Source: a virus
Length of the DNA: 61,002 nt
Reading direction: 5' to 3' (one strand)
IMG/VR virus record: IMGVR_UViG_3300028841_000403
In this document: one piece after another, positions 1-8,365 of the stretch
How positions within the stretch are numbered: position 1 is the first letter of the stretch
Layout: every line of letters begins with the position of its first letter
Program-made: the position numbers and the translations under genes
The notes under the pieces: generated by a model
The model's input: the letters and a program-made list of their open reading frames with translations, nothing else
Told to the model about the DNA's origin: nothing
Database searches by the model: none

Positions 1-141
1 AGGCTCTGGCGGCCGCGAACCGTGGACCCATCCGCCAGCGTCTCCCCGTACAGGAAGGCCTGCGCCCTGGCCTGGATTGTCGTCTGAAGAGCCGTCGCGT
101 CCTGGCCAGTGATGGGCACAACATTGACGACGATGGCGTAG
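1..141. repeat. Terminal direct repeat, copy 1 (141 bp, identical to 60862..61002). It is the overlap of a circular or circularly permuted assembly.
   Basis: Bases 1..141 read identically to the last 141 bases of the window. The repeat lies inside one continuous minus-strand ORF (baseplate J), so it is an assembly overlap and not a biological LTR. Unique length is 60,861 bp. Confidence 0.93.
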
Positions 142-971
142 GGCACTTCTGTGGGGGCGGCCACCTCCACCAGGTCGCAGACCGGGCGCACATCATCCGC
201 GCTCAGGGCGGCCTGCACCAGCGCAACCATGGCGGGATCCGGAAGGCCTGTGCTCATGAGTGGATAGACCGAGACCACCCCGGGGGCCGTGCTCTCCACC
301 GCGACATCCACGATGTCTGGGCTCGTGCTCAGCGCGAAGTAGCGGTAGGCCCCCAACGGCCCCGCCACGCTGAAATGATCCGGCGCCTCGAAGATGCGCT
401 GCCGCAGGTGATCATCCGTCTCTGGGTCCATGCCACCCGAGGTCACGGTGATATTCGTGACCGAGGCCACCTCTGGGACAATCGTTATGGGAATCGTGAT
501 GTCTCCGGGCTGGTATCCATTGGTCGCGGTGCCGGTGTTCAAGCACACGGCGTCCACTTCGCCGCTGAGTTGCCCCTTGGGGATAAGCAGCGTCTGGATG
601 GAATTGAAGACGGCTTTTCCATCGTTACTCTGGATGGTGTAGCCGAGCGCGATGGGGAAATCAGCGAGCTGTGCAGCGGATAGGGTGATTCGAAGCCTCG
701 TCGTACTGCCCGACGAACCCAAGCGTGAAACCCCTAGCAGCTGGGCGAGGTTATCGAGGTTGGACCCGGAAGCAAAAGCGACCAGCTGCTGCTCACAGGC
801 GTACTGGATACCGATTCGAACCTGCGTCTCACGGAAGGCTGCCAAATCGATCAGGAGCCGTTCGACCTGAGCCGGCTGAAGGGTCTTCCCCGTTGAGGTC
901 TGGTACAGCGCGACGAGATCCGCGGTGACCTGCGCGGGATCCGTGGAGATAAACTCGGGCGCTGTCGTCAT
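1..971 (-). CDS. J: Baseplate assembly protein J (P2 gpJ / Mu gp47 family), N-terminal part. The ORF continues across the circular junction to the stop at 60699.
   Basis: ATG at 971 with a GAGGAG SD upstream. My own translation, MTTAPEFISTDPAQVTADLVALYQTSTGKTLQPAQVERLLIDLAAFRETQVRIGIQYACEQQLVAFASG..., looks like Baseplate_J. The frame stays open to base 1 and resumes at 60861; 377 aa in total. Confidence 0.88.
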   Translation of the reverse strand, partial: MTTAPEFISTDPAQVTADLVALYQTSTGKTLQPAQVERLLIDLAAFRETQVRIGIQYACEQQLVAFASGSNLDNLAQLLGVSRLGSSGSTTRLRITLSAAQLADFPIALGYTIQSNDGKAVFNSIQTLLIPKGQLSGEVDAVCLNTGTATNGYQPGDITIPITIVPEVASVTNITVTSGGMDPETDDHLRQRIFEAPDHFSVAGPLGAYRYFALSTSPDIVDVAVESTAPGVVSVYPLMSTGLPDPAMVALVQAALSADDVRPVCDLVEVAAPTEVPYAIVVNVVPITGQDATALQTTIQARAQAFLYGETLADGSTVRGRQS

Positions 972-1006
972 GAAGGCTCCTCATTCAACCCGAAGAAAGA
1001 AAAGTT

Positions 1007-1537
1007 TCAGGATGAGATGAAAACAATGTCGTAAAGATCCGCTTCAACAGTAGTTAGATAGTCCGTGCTGTTGATGACACTTCCGCCTTTGGCACCCGTT
1101 TCGCTCACGAGAATCTTGATCGTAGACGGATCAACCGTAAGGGATTTGGTGAGGAGCACATCGAAGGTTCCGTTTCCCGTGTTCCAGCTACAGGTCTGGT
1201 CGAAAGACAGGGACGGCGTGCTCCCATCCGTGGAGTAGTAAACCGATGCTGTGCCATTTGGGCCAACAACGGTACCGTTGCCGTTCGCGATAATGACCTT
1301 AATCCGCACATTCAGCGTCCCGGCGATAGCACTATGGGCCGGGGCACCGGAATAGGTCTGGGTGCCTGCCGTTGAAGCGGACCCCGTTGCGGAGACGCTG
1401 TGCGACGAGGTGTCCACGGCGGCGGCGGTGGTGTCGTAGCCATACGATGGATTCGTAACGGTGAGCCCGGTTGTCGAGATCGTCGTTGGCCGGAAGGCCA
1501 AGACCGACTGAACCCAGTTGGGCATCTGCACGAGCAT
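1007..1537 (-). CDS. Hypothetical fibre-associated protein (candidate distal adhesin or fibre assembly factor)
   Basis: ATG at 1537 overlaps the stop of the upstream fibre gene (ATGA). 176 aa, rich in Ser/Thr/Gly/Asn. Local GC is visibly lower than the flanks. It sits directly 3' of a fibre gene. Confidence 0.55.
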   Translation of the reverse strand: MLVQMPNWVQSVLAFRPTTISTTGLTVTNPSYGYDTTAAAVDTSSHSVSATGSASTAGTQTYSGAPAHSAIAGTLNVRIKVIIANGNGTVVGPNGTASVYYSTDGSTPSLSFDQTCSWNTGNGTFDVLLTKSLTVDPSTIKILVSETGAKGGSVINSTDYLTTVEADLYDIVFISS

Positions 1538-2934
1538 CAGAGCAGGCTCCCCAGCAGCACGGCACCGATGTCCGCGAGGTTGGCGTCCTGGGTGCCGGGG
1601 GCCGTGATGGTGAGGATATCCCCCGGCGCGAAGCTGGTGGCCGTGCAGGTCCAGGTCGGGACCGTTCCGGCGGCCGCAAAGACCATCGTGCCGATGTTGG
1701 TCCCGTTCTTCGCGATGTTGAAGGTCGCCGAGGCAAACGCCGCGGTTCCAGCCTTGCCCTGGGACCCCGAGAGGTTCGTGGGAAGGGAGAAGTTCCGCAC
1801 CGCGGGAAAGCGCAGGATCACCGCCGAGGCAGCTGGCTTGCCGGTGCATCCGAAACCGATGTCATAGGACCCGGGATGCTGGTGATCGGCCCGCGCCGCA
1901 GAGGAGCTGGTTCCCACGGCGCCCGCGCCCTGGGCCACCGGCGCCGTGGAGCTGAGGTTCATGGGCGAGATGGCCTGCCAGTTCGCCAGCGTTGTGGGAT
2001 CGGAGGTCGTGAGGATGAAGCCCTCATTCCCCAAGTCTGTGCGGACCGCCACATCGCCCTGCTGGGCGCTCAGCGCCAGCATCGCCGCCTGGGACGCGAC
2101 CACGAAGGTGTCTGTGATGGCCAAGGCCGGAAGCTGAGAGGACGGAACCTTACCGCCACTGTCCAACGACGCGACACCGCTTGGCTGACCCACAGAACTC
2201 AAGGCCACACGGGAGGAATCCGTGGGGTGAACATGGTCTCCGCGGGAAGCCTGCGAACTACTTCCGGCAGACACGGTTCCATCCATCACCGGCGCCGTGG
2301 AGCTGAGGTTCATGGGCGAGATGGCCTGCCAGTTCGCCAGAGTTGTGGGGTCAGAGGTTGTGAGGATGAATCCCTCGTATCCGAGGTCGCTCCGAATCGC
2401 TACATCCCCCTGCTGGGCGCTCAGGGCCAGCATGGCCGCCTGCGAGGCCACCACGAAAGTGTCCGTGATCGCAAGCGCCGGAAGCTGAAGCGTCGGAACC
2501 TTGCCCCCACCATCAAGGGTGGCAACCCCATTCGGGGCCCCGAGGAAGGCGAACGGAATCCAGGCCCCGCGCATGTCCTCCCACGAAACGACGCCAGCGG
2601 AATCCGTCACCACCTTGAAACTTGGCAGGAGCCCCGCGGTCCAGCCTGTCTGGTTCACGCTCCTCACGCCGGCCAGGGTCCGCTCGATGTAATTGGTGGA
2701 GTTCGCCACCAGCAGCACCGTCCCACCCGCCACGGTCGTCCAAGACGAACCATCCCATCCCTGGCCCCCGAGGTCCCCCCAGGTCAGGCCAGCCGTATGG
2801 TCTTCGTCCTTGCCCCATCCGGCCATCGCCGCGTTTACGGCACCCTGGATGGTGGACAGGATTCCGTCCGCTTCAGCAGGCGTGAGATCCGAGCCCTTGA
2901 GCGCACGGGTGAGAAGAGAGATCGGCCAGGTCAT
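1537..2934 (-). CDS. Tail fibre protein with an internal tandem duplication
   Basis: 465 aa. Two copies of the module GVA(T/S)LDxGGKVPxxQLPALAITDTFVVASQAAMLALSAQQGD..., which is typical of phage fibres. Each copy is followed by an HxH motif (GDHVHP / ADHQHP). The start overlaps the gpW stop (ATGA at 2931..2934). Confidence 0.8.
   Translation of the reverse strand: MTWPISLLTRALKGSDLTPAEADGILSTIQGAVNAAMAGWGKDEDHTAGLTWGDLGGQGWDGSSWTTVAGGTVLLVANSTNYIERTLAGVRSVNQTGWTAGLLPSFKVVTDSAGVVSWEDMRGAWIPFAFLGAPNGVATLDGGGKVPTLQLPALAITDTFVVASQAAMLALSAQQGDVAIRSDLGYEGFILTTSDPTTLANWQAISPMNLSSTAPVMDGTVSAGSSSQASRGDHVHPTDSSRVALSSVGQPSGVASLDSGGKVPSSQLPALAITDTFVVASQAAMLALSAQQGDVAVRTDLGNEGFILTTSDPTTLANWQAISPMNLSSTAPVAQGAGAVGTSSSAARADHQHPGSYDIGFGCTGKPAASAVILRFPAVRNFSLPTNLSGSQGKAGTAAFASATFNIAKNGTNIGTMVFAAAGTVPTWTCTATSFAPGDILTITAPGTQDANLADIGAVLLGSLL
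1880..2530 (-). repeat. Tandem duplication inside the fibre gene (period 351 nt, about 117 aa, 2 copies)
   Basis: caccggcgccgtggagctgaggttcatgggcgagatggcctgccagttcgccag occurs at 1936 and again at 2287. The shadow ORFs 1946..2137 and 2297..2488 translate almost identically. Confidence 0.9.
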
Positions 2935-3383
2935 ACCGTGCCTCCAGAAATCCAGCCATCCTCAACCCAGCCCGTTTCGACCCAACCGTTTCCGCTCGTG
3001 GTAGTCGGATACGATGTGAGATTTACGAGGCTTGTGTAGATCGTCTGGCCCCCAACCAAGCTCCAGAGGATCTGCACCTTCAAGCGCCCCTGCGTCATCT
3101 CAACCAGGCCCACCTGCCTGACCTTGATCCGCGGCTCCCATTGCGCAAGCGCCCGCGTCACCTCTCGCACGATGGCGGGCCGCGCCTGGATCATCGGAGC
3201 GTCCATCAGATCCTGAACCAGGCTGCCGAAAGTCGGCCGTAGCGCGGAAGAGCCCTGCCGCGTGCCGAGGATGATCAGAATGCACTGGGCGATGTCATCC
3301 AGGCCTTCGACCACCTCACCGGGCGCGGAGAGCTTCGGCTGCCAGTACGGCACCGGGGGAATGGCGGCGCTGATCAGGCCCAT
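2931..3383 (-). CDS. W: Baseplate wedge protein W (GPW/gp25 family)
   Basis: 150 aa from the ATG at 3383; the ORF track extends to a TTG at 3422. ...EVVEGLDDIAQCILIILGTRQGSSALRPTFGSLVQDLMDAPM...AIVREVTRALAQWEPRI resembles gp25/gpW. Confidence 0.85.
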   Translation of the reverse strand: MGLISAAIPPVPYWQPKLSAPGEVVEGLDDIAQCILIILGTRQGSSALRPTFGSLVQDLMDAPMIQARPAIVREVTRALAQWEPRIKVRQVGLVEMTQGRLKVQILWSLVGGQTIYTSLVNLTSYPTTTSGNGWVETGWVEDGWISGGTV

Positions 3384-3420
3384 TGATCCAGGTTCCGGCC
3401 CCTTCGGCGCGGAGCCGAGC

Positions 3421-3440
3421 AAAGGGCTTTAGGGGCTTCG
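3421..3440 (-). promoter_or_regulatory. Conserved late-operon motif, copy 1 (minus strand CCCCTAAAGCCCTTTGCT)
   Basis: The core 12-mer aaagggctttag (plus strand, 3421..3432) lies in the 60-bp V-W gap, about 40 nt 5' of the gpW ATG. The same 12-mer occurs at 14906, 27965 and 31251. Confidence 0.6.
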
Positions 3441-3443
3441 CTC

Positions 3444-4064
3444 TCAGGGCACATAGGAGGCCGTCCCGCCCGAGGTAACTGGGTGCGTGTGGTGGGCCGG
3501 GTTCGTGCCGGTGGCATGGAGGTTGGCCGAGGTGCTCAGGTCGCCCGCGAAGGTGCCTTTCCCGGTGCATGTCAAGTCCCCGTCCACCTCCGTGGGGCCC
3601 TCCAGCTTGATCGTCGCGCCCTTCACGAGTGCCTGGCCCCCTGCCTGGACCGTGGCGCCGCCCTGGGCCTCCACGGAGGCGTTGCCCTGGGTGGACACGC
3701 TCACATCGCCCTGGGCCGTCACCTCGACGCTCCCAGCCATGGTGGCGGTCAGCTTCTTCGCGCTCGGATCGTAGCTCAGCGCGGTGCCGTCCTCGAACTC
3801 CTTGTGCCAGACCATGGGATCCGTCACCGGGGCCGGATCGGCCTTGCTGTAGACCCCGCAGAGCACCACCCCGTCCTCGGCGTGCTCGTCCAGCAGCACC
3901 ACCACCTGGGCGTCCTTCCGCGGCATCTGGTACTCGCGGGCCCCGAGCGTGAGGGCCTGCCCCACGGGCAGCCAGTCCGTGACGATGCCGTCCTCGACCA
4001 GCTGGACCCGCACCTTGACGGCCTCCCCGTCCACCTCCGTGACGATGCCGCGCTGCCACCTCAC
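3444..4064 (-). CDS. V: Baseplate spike/assembly protein V (P2 gpV / Mu gp45 family)
   Basis: 206 aa. MRWQRGIVTEVDGEAVKVRVQLVEDGIVTDWLPV... is an OB-fold N-terminus, followed by a repetitive beta-helix-like tail (VEVTAQGDVSVSTQGNASVEAQGGATVQAGG). It sits between D and W. Confidence 0.85.
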   Translation of the reverse strand: MRWQRGIVTEVDGEAVKVRVQLVEDGIVTDWLPVGQALTLGAREYQMPRKDAQVVVLLDEHAEDGVVLCGVYSKADPAPVTDPMVWHKEFEDGTALSYDPSAKKLTATMAGSVEVTAQGDVSVSTQGNASVEAQGGATVQAGGQALVKGATIKLEGPTEVDGDLTCTGKGTFAGDLSTSANLHATGTNPAHHTHPVTSGGTASYVP

Positions 4065-5065
4065 TGGGACACCTGCCGGATGTTGAGCTCCGCCTGGTAG
4101 CCGGTGGACCGGCTCAGGGAGTGCTTCGCCTGCGTGATCTGCCAGAGCCCGTTCAGGGCTCCGAAGTCCAGCAGCTCGATGTTCACCCCGGCGCGGAGCT
4201 TCAGCTTGCCCGGCATCATCAGCGTGACCTCCCGCTCCCAGCCCTTGTGGATGCGGAGGGCCTGGGCGGCGAGCCGCTTGGAGTGGCTATGGTTCTCGAC
4301 GCGCTTACGGATCCGCAGCACATCCCCCGGCTGCTTCCCCTGCCCTTTCAGGGTGTCCGTGATGACCTGCTTCGTCTCCTGGTCGAAGAACGAGGCGTCC
4401 GTCCCGCCGTTGGCCGCGTGCACCTTGTCCCGGAAGTCCCAGCTCGTCAGGTCCGTCATGCGCACCTGGTAGACCGGCGGCCGCTTCTCCAGCTCCTCCA
4501 GGTCGTGGAAGACGAGCTTGGTGCCCTTCACCGTGAAGACGAAGCCCATGTCCCAGGCCACCCGGTTGAGGAAGCCCAGGTCCGTCTCCCGGAACTGCGT
4601 CCGCCGGTGCCAGCGGATCTCCGGCACGGTGCCCACGATGGAGAGGCCCTGCTTGCTGGCGATGGTCTGCGCCAGCTGGCGGAGGCTCATGTCCTCGAAG
4701 GCGCGGCTGTCCTTCGTCCGCAGACCGTTCTGCACGCCCGTGCCCAGGGCGCGGATCACCACCACGCTGGGCGGCCCGCTGACCTCGATCTCGTCCACCT
4801 GGAACTCGCCGCAGTCCATCAGGTCGCCGTCTTCCATGCCCATGGCCGCGGAGATGGTCGTCCCTTTCACCGGATACCAGGCGTCCAGCCAGAGGCCCGC
4901 CCTGTCCTCCAGCTTCACCTCCAGGCCGTCACTCTGGCCCTTCATGTTGTCCGTGTACTCGAGGCTGAGGAGGTGCGGGCTGAAGTCCCCCGTCACATCC
5001 TTGTGGTTCACCCGGATGGTGAAGTCCACGCCCGAGGCCCGCAGCTGATCGGTCACTGGAGCCAT
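4061..5065 (-). CDS. D: Late control protein D-like tail/baseplate hub protein (P2 gpD / Mu gp44 family)
   Basis: 334 aa. Gene order is U-X-D-V. ...SLRQLAQTIASKQGLSIVGTVPEIRWHRRTQFRETDLGFLNRVAWDMGFVF... is typical of Phage_GPD. Confidence 0.85.
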   Translation of the reverse strand: MAPVTDQLRASGVDFTIRVNHKDVTGDFSPHLLSLEYTDNMKGQSDGLEVKLEDRAGLWLDAWYPVKGTTISAAMGMEDGDLMDCGEFQVDEIEVSGPPSVVVIRALGTGVQNGLRTKDSRAFEDMSLRQLAQTIASKQGLSIVGTVPEIRWHRRTQFRETDLGFLNRVAWDMGFVFTVKGTKLVFHDLEELEKRPPVYQVRMTDLTSWDFRDKVHAANGGTDASFFDQETKQVITDTLKGQGKQPGDVLRIRKRVENHSHSKRLAAQALRIHKGWEREVTLMMPGKLKLRAGVNIELLDFGALNGLWQITQAKHSLSRSTGYQAELNIRQVSQ

Positions 5066-5274
5066 GGCGGCATCCCCGCGTCAGGAGGCGTGGCGGGCTC
5101 GTCCAGGATCGGCACCTTCAGCGAGAGGCCGCCGGGCAGCACCGTGAGCGCTATCTGGTCCGGGTTCGCGCGCATGATGGGCTCGAAACGGTTGGCGTCC
5201 CCGTAATAGGTGAAGGCCAGTAGATCCCAGCGCTCGCCGTCCCGCGAAATGTGGGTCAGGTAGTCCTGGCTCAT
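5053..5274 (-). CDS. X: Tail protein X (P2 gpX-like, LysM-like)
   Basis: 73 aa from the ATG at 5274: MSQDYLTHISRDGERWDLLAFTYYGDANRFEPIMRANP.... The longer track ORF (to 5475) is upstream read-through in a GC-rich frame. Confidence 0.8.
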   Translation of the reverse strand: MSQDYLTHISRDGERWDLLAFTYYGDANRFEPIMRANPDQIALTVLPGGLSLKVPILDEPATPPDAGMPPWLQ

Positions 5275-5276
5275 CG

Positions 5277-5804
5277 TCAGCCTCCCCCGCTGGGCACGAT
5301 CTGGCCCTGGTCGTTCCGGGTGTAGGCCTGGGTCGCCGGCGCCGGCGTCCCCGTCTTCTTCGGCCGGATGGCCGGGGGCGGGTTCTGCCGCGCGCTCACC
5401 TGGAGGTTCGCGTCCTCGACCCATTCCTTGAGCGTGAGGCTCATCTCGACCCACTTCAGCGTGCCGTCCGGCCACAGCTCCTGGATCGTCTGGCTCAGGT
5501 CCGTCAGCACATACTCGCCCGCGTAGATCCCGGCGTCCGGGGCGGTCCCCAGGACCAGGCTGAGCACCTGGTGGTCCCGGAGGGCCTGCGTGATGGCCTT
5601 CACCGAGGCCTGCACATCAGCGTTCAGGGTGTAGTGGACCCGGATCTGGAGGGTGAGCTCGTCCAGCTTGTCGCCCACGGCCTGGAGCACCGGCTTCCGC
5701 CCCACGAGGCTCTGCTCGGCGTATTCCACCGACATGCGGGCGCTGAAGTCCGTGGGCCCCGCCAGGGGCTCGAACTGGACGCTTCCCAGGGATCCCCAGC
5801 TCAT
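5277..5804 (-). CDS. U: Tail protein U (P2 gpU family)
   Basis: 175 aa from the ATG at 5804, which overlaps the tape-measure stop (ATGA). MSWGSLGSVQFEPLAGPTDFSARMSVEYAEQSLVGRKPVLQAVGDKLDELTLQIRV.... The 736-aa track ORF is an artefactual extension. Confidence 0.8.
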   Translation of the reverse strand: MSWGSLGSVQFEPLAGPTDFSARMSVEYAEQSLVGRKPVLQAVGDKLDELTLQIRVHYTLNADVQASVKAITQALRDHQVLSLVLGTAPDAGIYAGEYVLTDLSQTIQELWPDGTLKWVEMSLTLKEWVEDANLQVSARQNPPPAIRPKKTGTPAPATQAYTRNDQGQIVPSGGG

Positions 5805-8362
5805 TTGAAGTCCCTCCGCGCACCGCTCGCCTGGCGCCGGGCAAGCGCCTGCTCCAGCTTGGGCAGCAGCTCCATGAGGCCCTGCTCGATGAGCTTCTGG
5901 TCCTGGGCCGTGGCGGTCCCCGTCAGGGTGAAGTTGGCGTGGATCACTACGGCCGGGCCCTGGGGGCGCGCCGCGGCGCTTCCGCCCAGGCCGGCGGCGA
6001 TGGCCAGGGAGGGCGCGCCCGCCGCGAAGGCCGCGCGGGCCATCCCCATGGCGCCGGAGATGCGGGAGATGAGGGCCTGGGGCCGGATGCTCTCGGCGAT
6101 GGTCTCCATGAAGCGCAGGCGGTGCAGGTCCGAAAGCGGGCCCTCCTTCGCCGGGCTGAAGGGCAGGAACTTGCGGACCTTGCCCACCACGGCCTTGATC
6201 GCCTCGATGGGGTGCGAGGCCGCGGCCTTCATGCCGTCCGCCAGCATCCGCACGAGCGTGCCGCCAGCGGCCCGGAACACCGTGTACATGCTCTTCAGCA
6301 GGTTCCAGGTCTTCGTGATGCCGCCCCACAGCCACTTCGGGAAGTCGTAGAAGACGGCCTTGAGGAGCTTGAAGACGCCCACCACGACCACGATGCCCTG
6401 CATGACCTGGAGCGCGAGCACCTTCCCGAAGGCGATGCCGACCTTGATGCCGGTGGCCAGGCCCTTGTTGCTCTCCCCCATGGGCACGAAGAGCTGCTTG
6501 ATCCAGGCCCACACCTTCCCGAGGGCCTCCCACACGGGCTGGAGCGCCACGGCGAACTGGTGGAGCTGCGGCCGCATCGGCTCGATGGCTTCCAGGAAGC
6601 CCTGCTTGATGCCGCGCCAGATTCCCACGAAGAAGTTCCGGATGGGCACCCAAAACTTGTAGATCAGCGCCGCCGCGGCGACGATGATGCCCACCACGAT
6701 CCAGACCGGCGCCGTGATGGCCCCGAAGAAGGCCCCGATGCCCGACAGGATGCCGCCCAGGGCGCCCCACACGGCGGACAGGCCGCCCGTGACGATGCCC
6801 ACCACGCGGCCCATGGCGCCCTTGGCGATGGTCGGCAGCGCCACCACGCCCTCGGAGACGGCTGTGCCGGCGGTCTTGCCCAGCACCTTCGGGAGGCTGG
6901 GGAGCATGATGCCGTTCCCCTTCTCCACCATGTGCATGAGCCGGATCTTCGTGGAGGCCTTCACCGCCTCCTCGCCCAGGCTCTTCACGAGCCCGCGCCC
7001 CGTGCGCCAGGCGCTCCCGATGTCCTTCCAGGTGCTCACGAGCTTGGAGCCGGTCTTCAGCATCAGGCCCAGGGCCAGGGTGGCGCCGCCCAGGGCCACC
7101 AGCAGCACACCCAGCACCGTGGCGCCGGAGAAGAACGCCCGCGTCAGCCGGGGGTGGGCCTCCACGAACTGCTGAACCCGATCCGCGGCCTTGCCCAGCA
7201 GGTCCGCGAGCCACTTCAGCTCCGGCCCCACCGTCTCGGCGATCTTGGCCATGGCCTGGACCACCGTGCCCTTGGCCGCCTCCCACTTGTAGGAGAGGCT
7301 CGCCGTGCGCCGCTCCATCTCCGTCTCGATGCCGGCGCGGTCGTTCATCACGGCCATCTGCTTGTTGAAGCTGGCCGTGTTCATCAGGTTCAGCACCGAC
7401 GCGCCTTCGGTGTTGAAGAGGCTGTTCATGAGGCGCTGGAAGCCCTGCTTGTTCTCGCCGAACTTCGCGCGGGTCTGGTCCACCCACGGCAGCAGGTATT
7501 CGAGCCCCTTGAACCGGCCCTTCTCGTCGTAGAAGTCGAGGTTGATCCCGTACTGCTTCACCAGGTCTTCGGCGCCCTTGATGCGCCAGCCGCGGCCCGA
7601 GGCCAGCTTCGCGCTGATGATCGAGAGGTTCTTGTAGACCTGGGCGAAGCCAGCGCCGGCGCTGGCCGGGTCCTTGCCCTGCTGCACCATCATGGCGGCG
7701 ATGGCCATGTGGTCCTTCATCGCGTCCACGCCGGTCATGCCCATGGCGCGCGCTTCGGGCGCGACATAGCCGCTGAAATACTTGAAGGACTCAACATCCA
7801 CGCCGAGGCCCTGCTTGCCCTTCACGAGGATGTTGGCGAACTTGAGGAAGTCCTTCCCGGAGATGTCCCAGGCGTTGCTCATGGCGGCGCCGAGCTGGCC
7901 CGCGCGCTCCTTGTTCATCTCCAGCAGCACGGCCATGTGCGCCATGGCCTGAAGGCCTCCGCCTTCGATGGTCGCGTCCGCGAGCCCCGTCTCCTTCATG
8001 GCGATCGCCACGCGGGCGTAGTCGTTCATCGTGCCTTCCAGCACGGTGCCGAGGTCCTGGGCCTGCTTCTCGATGGAGTTCAGGAACGGCGAGGACCCAT
8101 GGGCCGTGCTGAACGCGATCCGCAGGTTCGTCTGCGCGCGGTCCAGCTCCTTGTAGGCCTCCACCGGCTTCATGAGCGCGGCCAGGATCGCCACGCCAGC
8201 GGCGGTAGAGCCAGCCCCGAGGCCCACCATGCCGTCCCCGACCCGGCCCACCTTGTCGTTCAGGAGGTCCAGGTCCTTCCGCACCTTCCCAAAGGCGGAC
8301 CGCGCGGTGGAGGACATCTCGTCCACCGCGCGGAGCACCAGGGTGAGGCGCATGCTGTCCAA
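5801..8362 (-). CDS. Tail tape measure protein
   Basis: 853 aa, the largest ORF in the tail module. It lies between the chaperone pair and gpU. Ala/Gly-rich helical sequence with hydrophobic central segments. Start is a TTG at 8362 (GGAGG 8 nt upstream) or an ATG at 8353. Confidence 0.85.
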   Translation of the reverse strand: MDSMRLTLVLRAVDEMSSTARSAFGKVRKDLDLLNDKVGRVGDGMVGLGAGSTAAGVAILAALMKPVEAYKELDRAQTNLRIAFSTAHGSSPFLNSIEKQAQDLGTVLEGTMNDYARVAIAMKETGLADATIEGGGLQAMAHMAVLLEMNKERAGQLGAAMSNAWDISGKDFLKFANILVKGKQGLGVDVESFKYFSGYVAPEARAMGMTGVDAMKDHMAIAAMMVQQGKDPASAGAGFAQVYKNLSIISAKLASGRGWRIKGAEDLVKQYGINLDFYDEKGRFKGLEYLLPWVDQTRAKFGENKQGFQRLMNSLFNTEGASVLNLMNTASFNKQMAVMNDRAGIETEMERRTASLSYKWEAAKGTVVQAMAKIAETVGPELKWLADLLGKAADRVQQFVEAHPRLTRAFFSGATVLGVLLVALGGATLALGLMLKTGSKLVSTWKDIGSAWRTGRGLVKSLGEEAVKASTKIRLMHMVEKGNGIMLPSLPKVLGKTAGTAVSEGVVALPTIAKGAMGRVVGIVTGGLSAVWGALGGILSGIGAFFGAITAPVWIVVGIIVAAAALIYKFWVPIRNFFVGIWRGIKQGFLEAIEPMRPQLHQFAVALQPVWEALGKVWAWIKQLFVPMGESNKGLATGIKVGIAFGKVLALQVMQGIVVVVGVFKLLKAVFYDFPKWLWGGITKTWNLLKSMYTVFRAAGGTLVRMLADGMKAAASHPIEAIKAVVGKVRKFLPFSPAKEGPLSDLHRLRFMETIAESIRPQALISRISGAMGMARAAFAAGAPSLAIAAGLGGSAAARPQGPAVVIHANFTLTGTATAQDQKLIEQGLMELLPKLEQALARRQASGARRDFK

Positions 8363-8365
8363 GGG

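Noticed and set aside
1-141. The terminal repeat as a biological direct terminal repeat, LTR or att site.
   Set aside because: The repeat sits in the middle of the baseplate J coding sequence, and the ORF reads seamlessly across the junction. That is the signature of a circular assembly overlap. The physical genome ends (pac or cos) cannot be inferred from it.
1880-2530. A diversity-generating retroelement (TR/VR pair) as the explanation for the two near-identical segments in the fibre gene.
   Set aside because: Both copies lie in frame within the same gene. The differences include all substitution types rather than adenine-specific changes. No reverse transcriptase is encoded anywhere in the genome.
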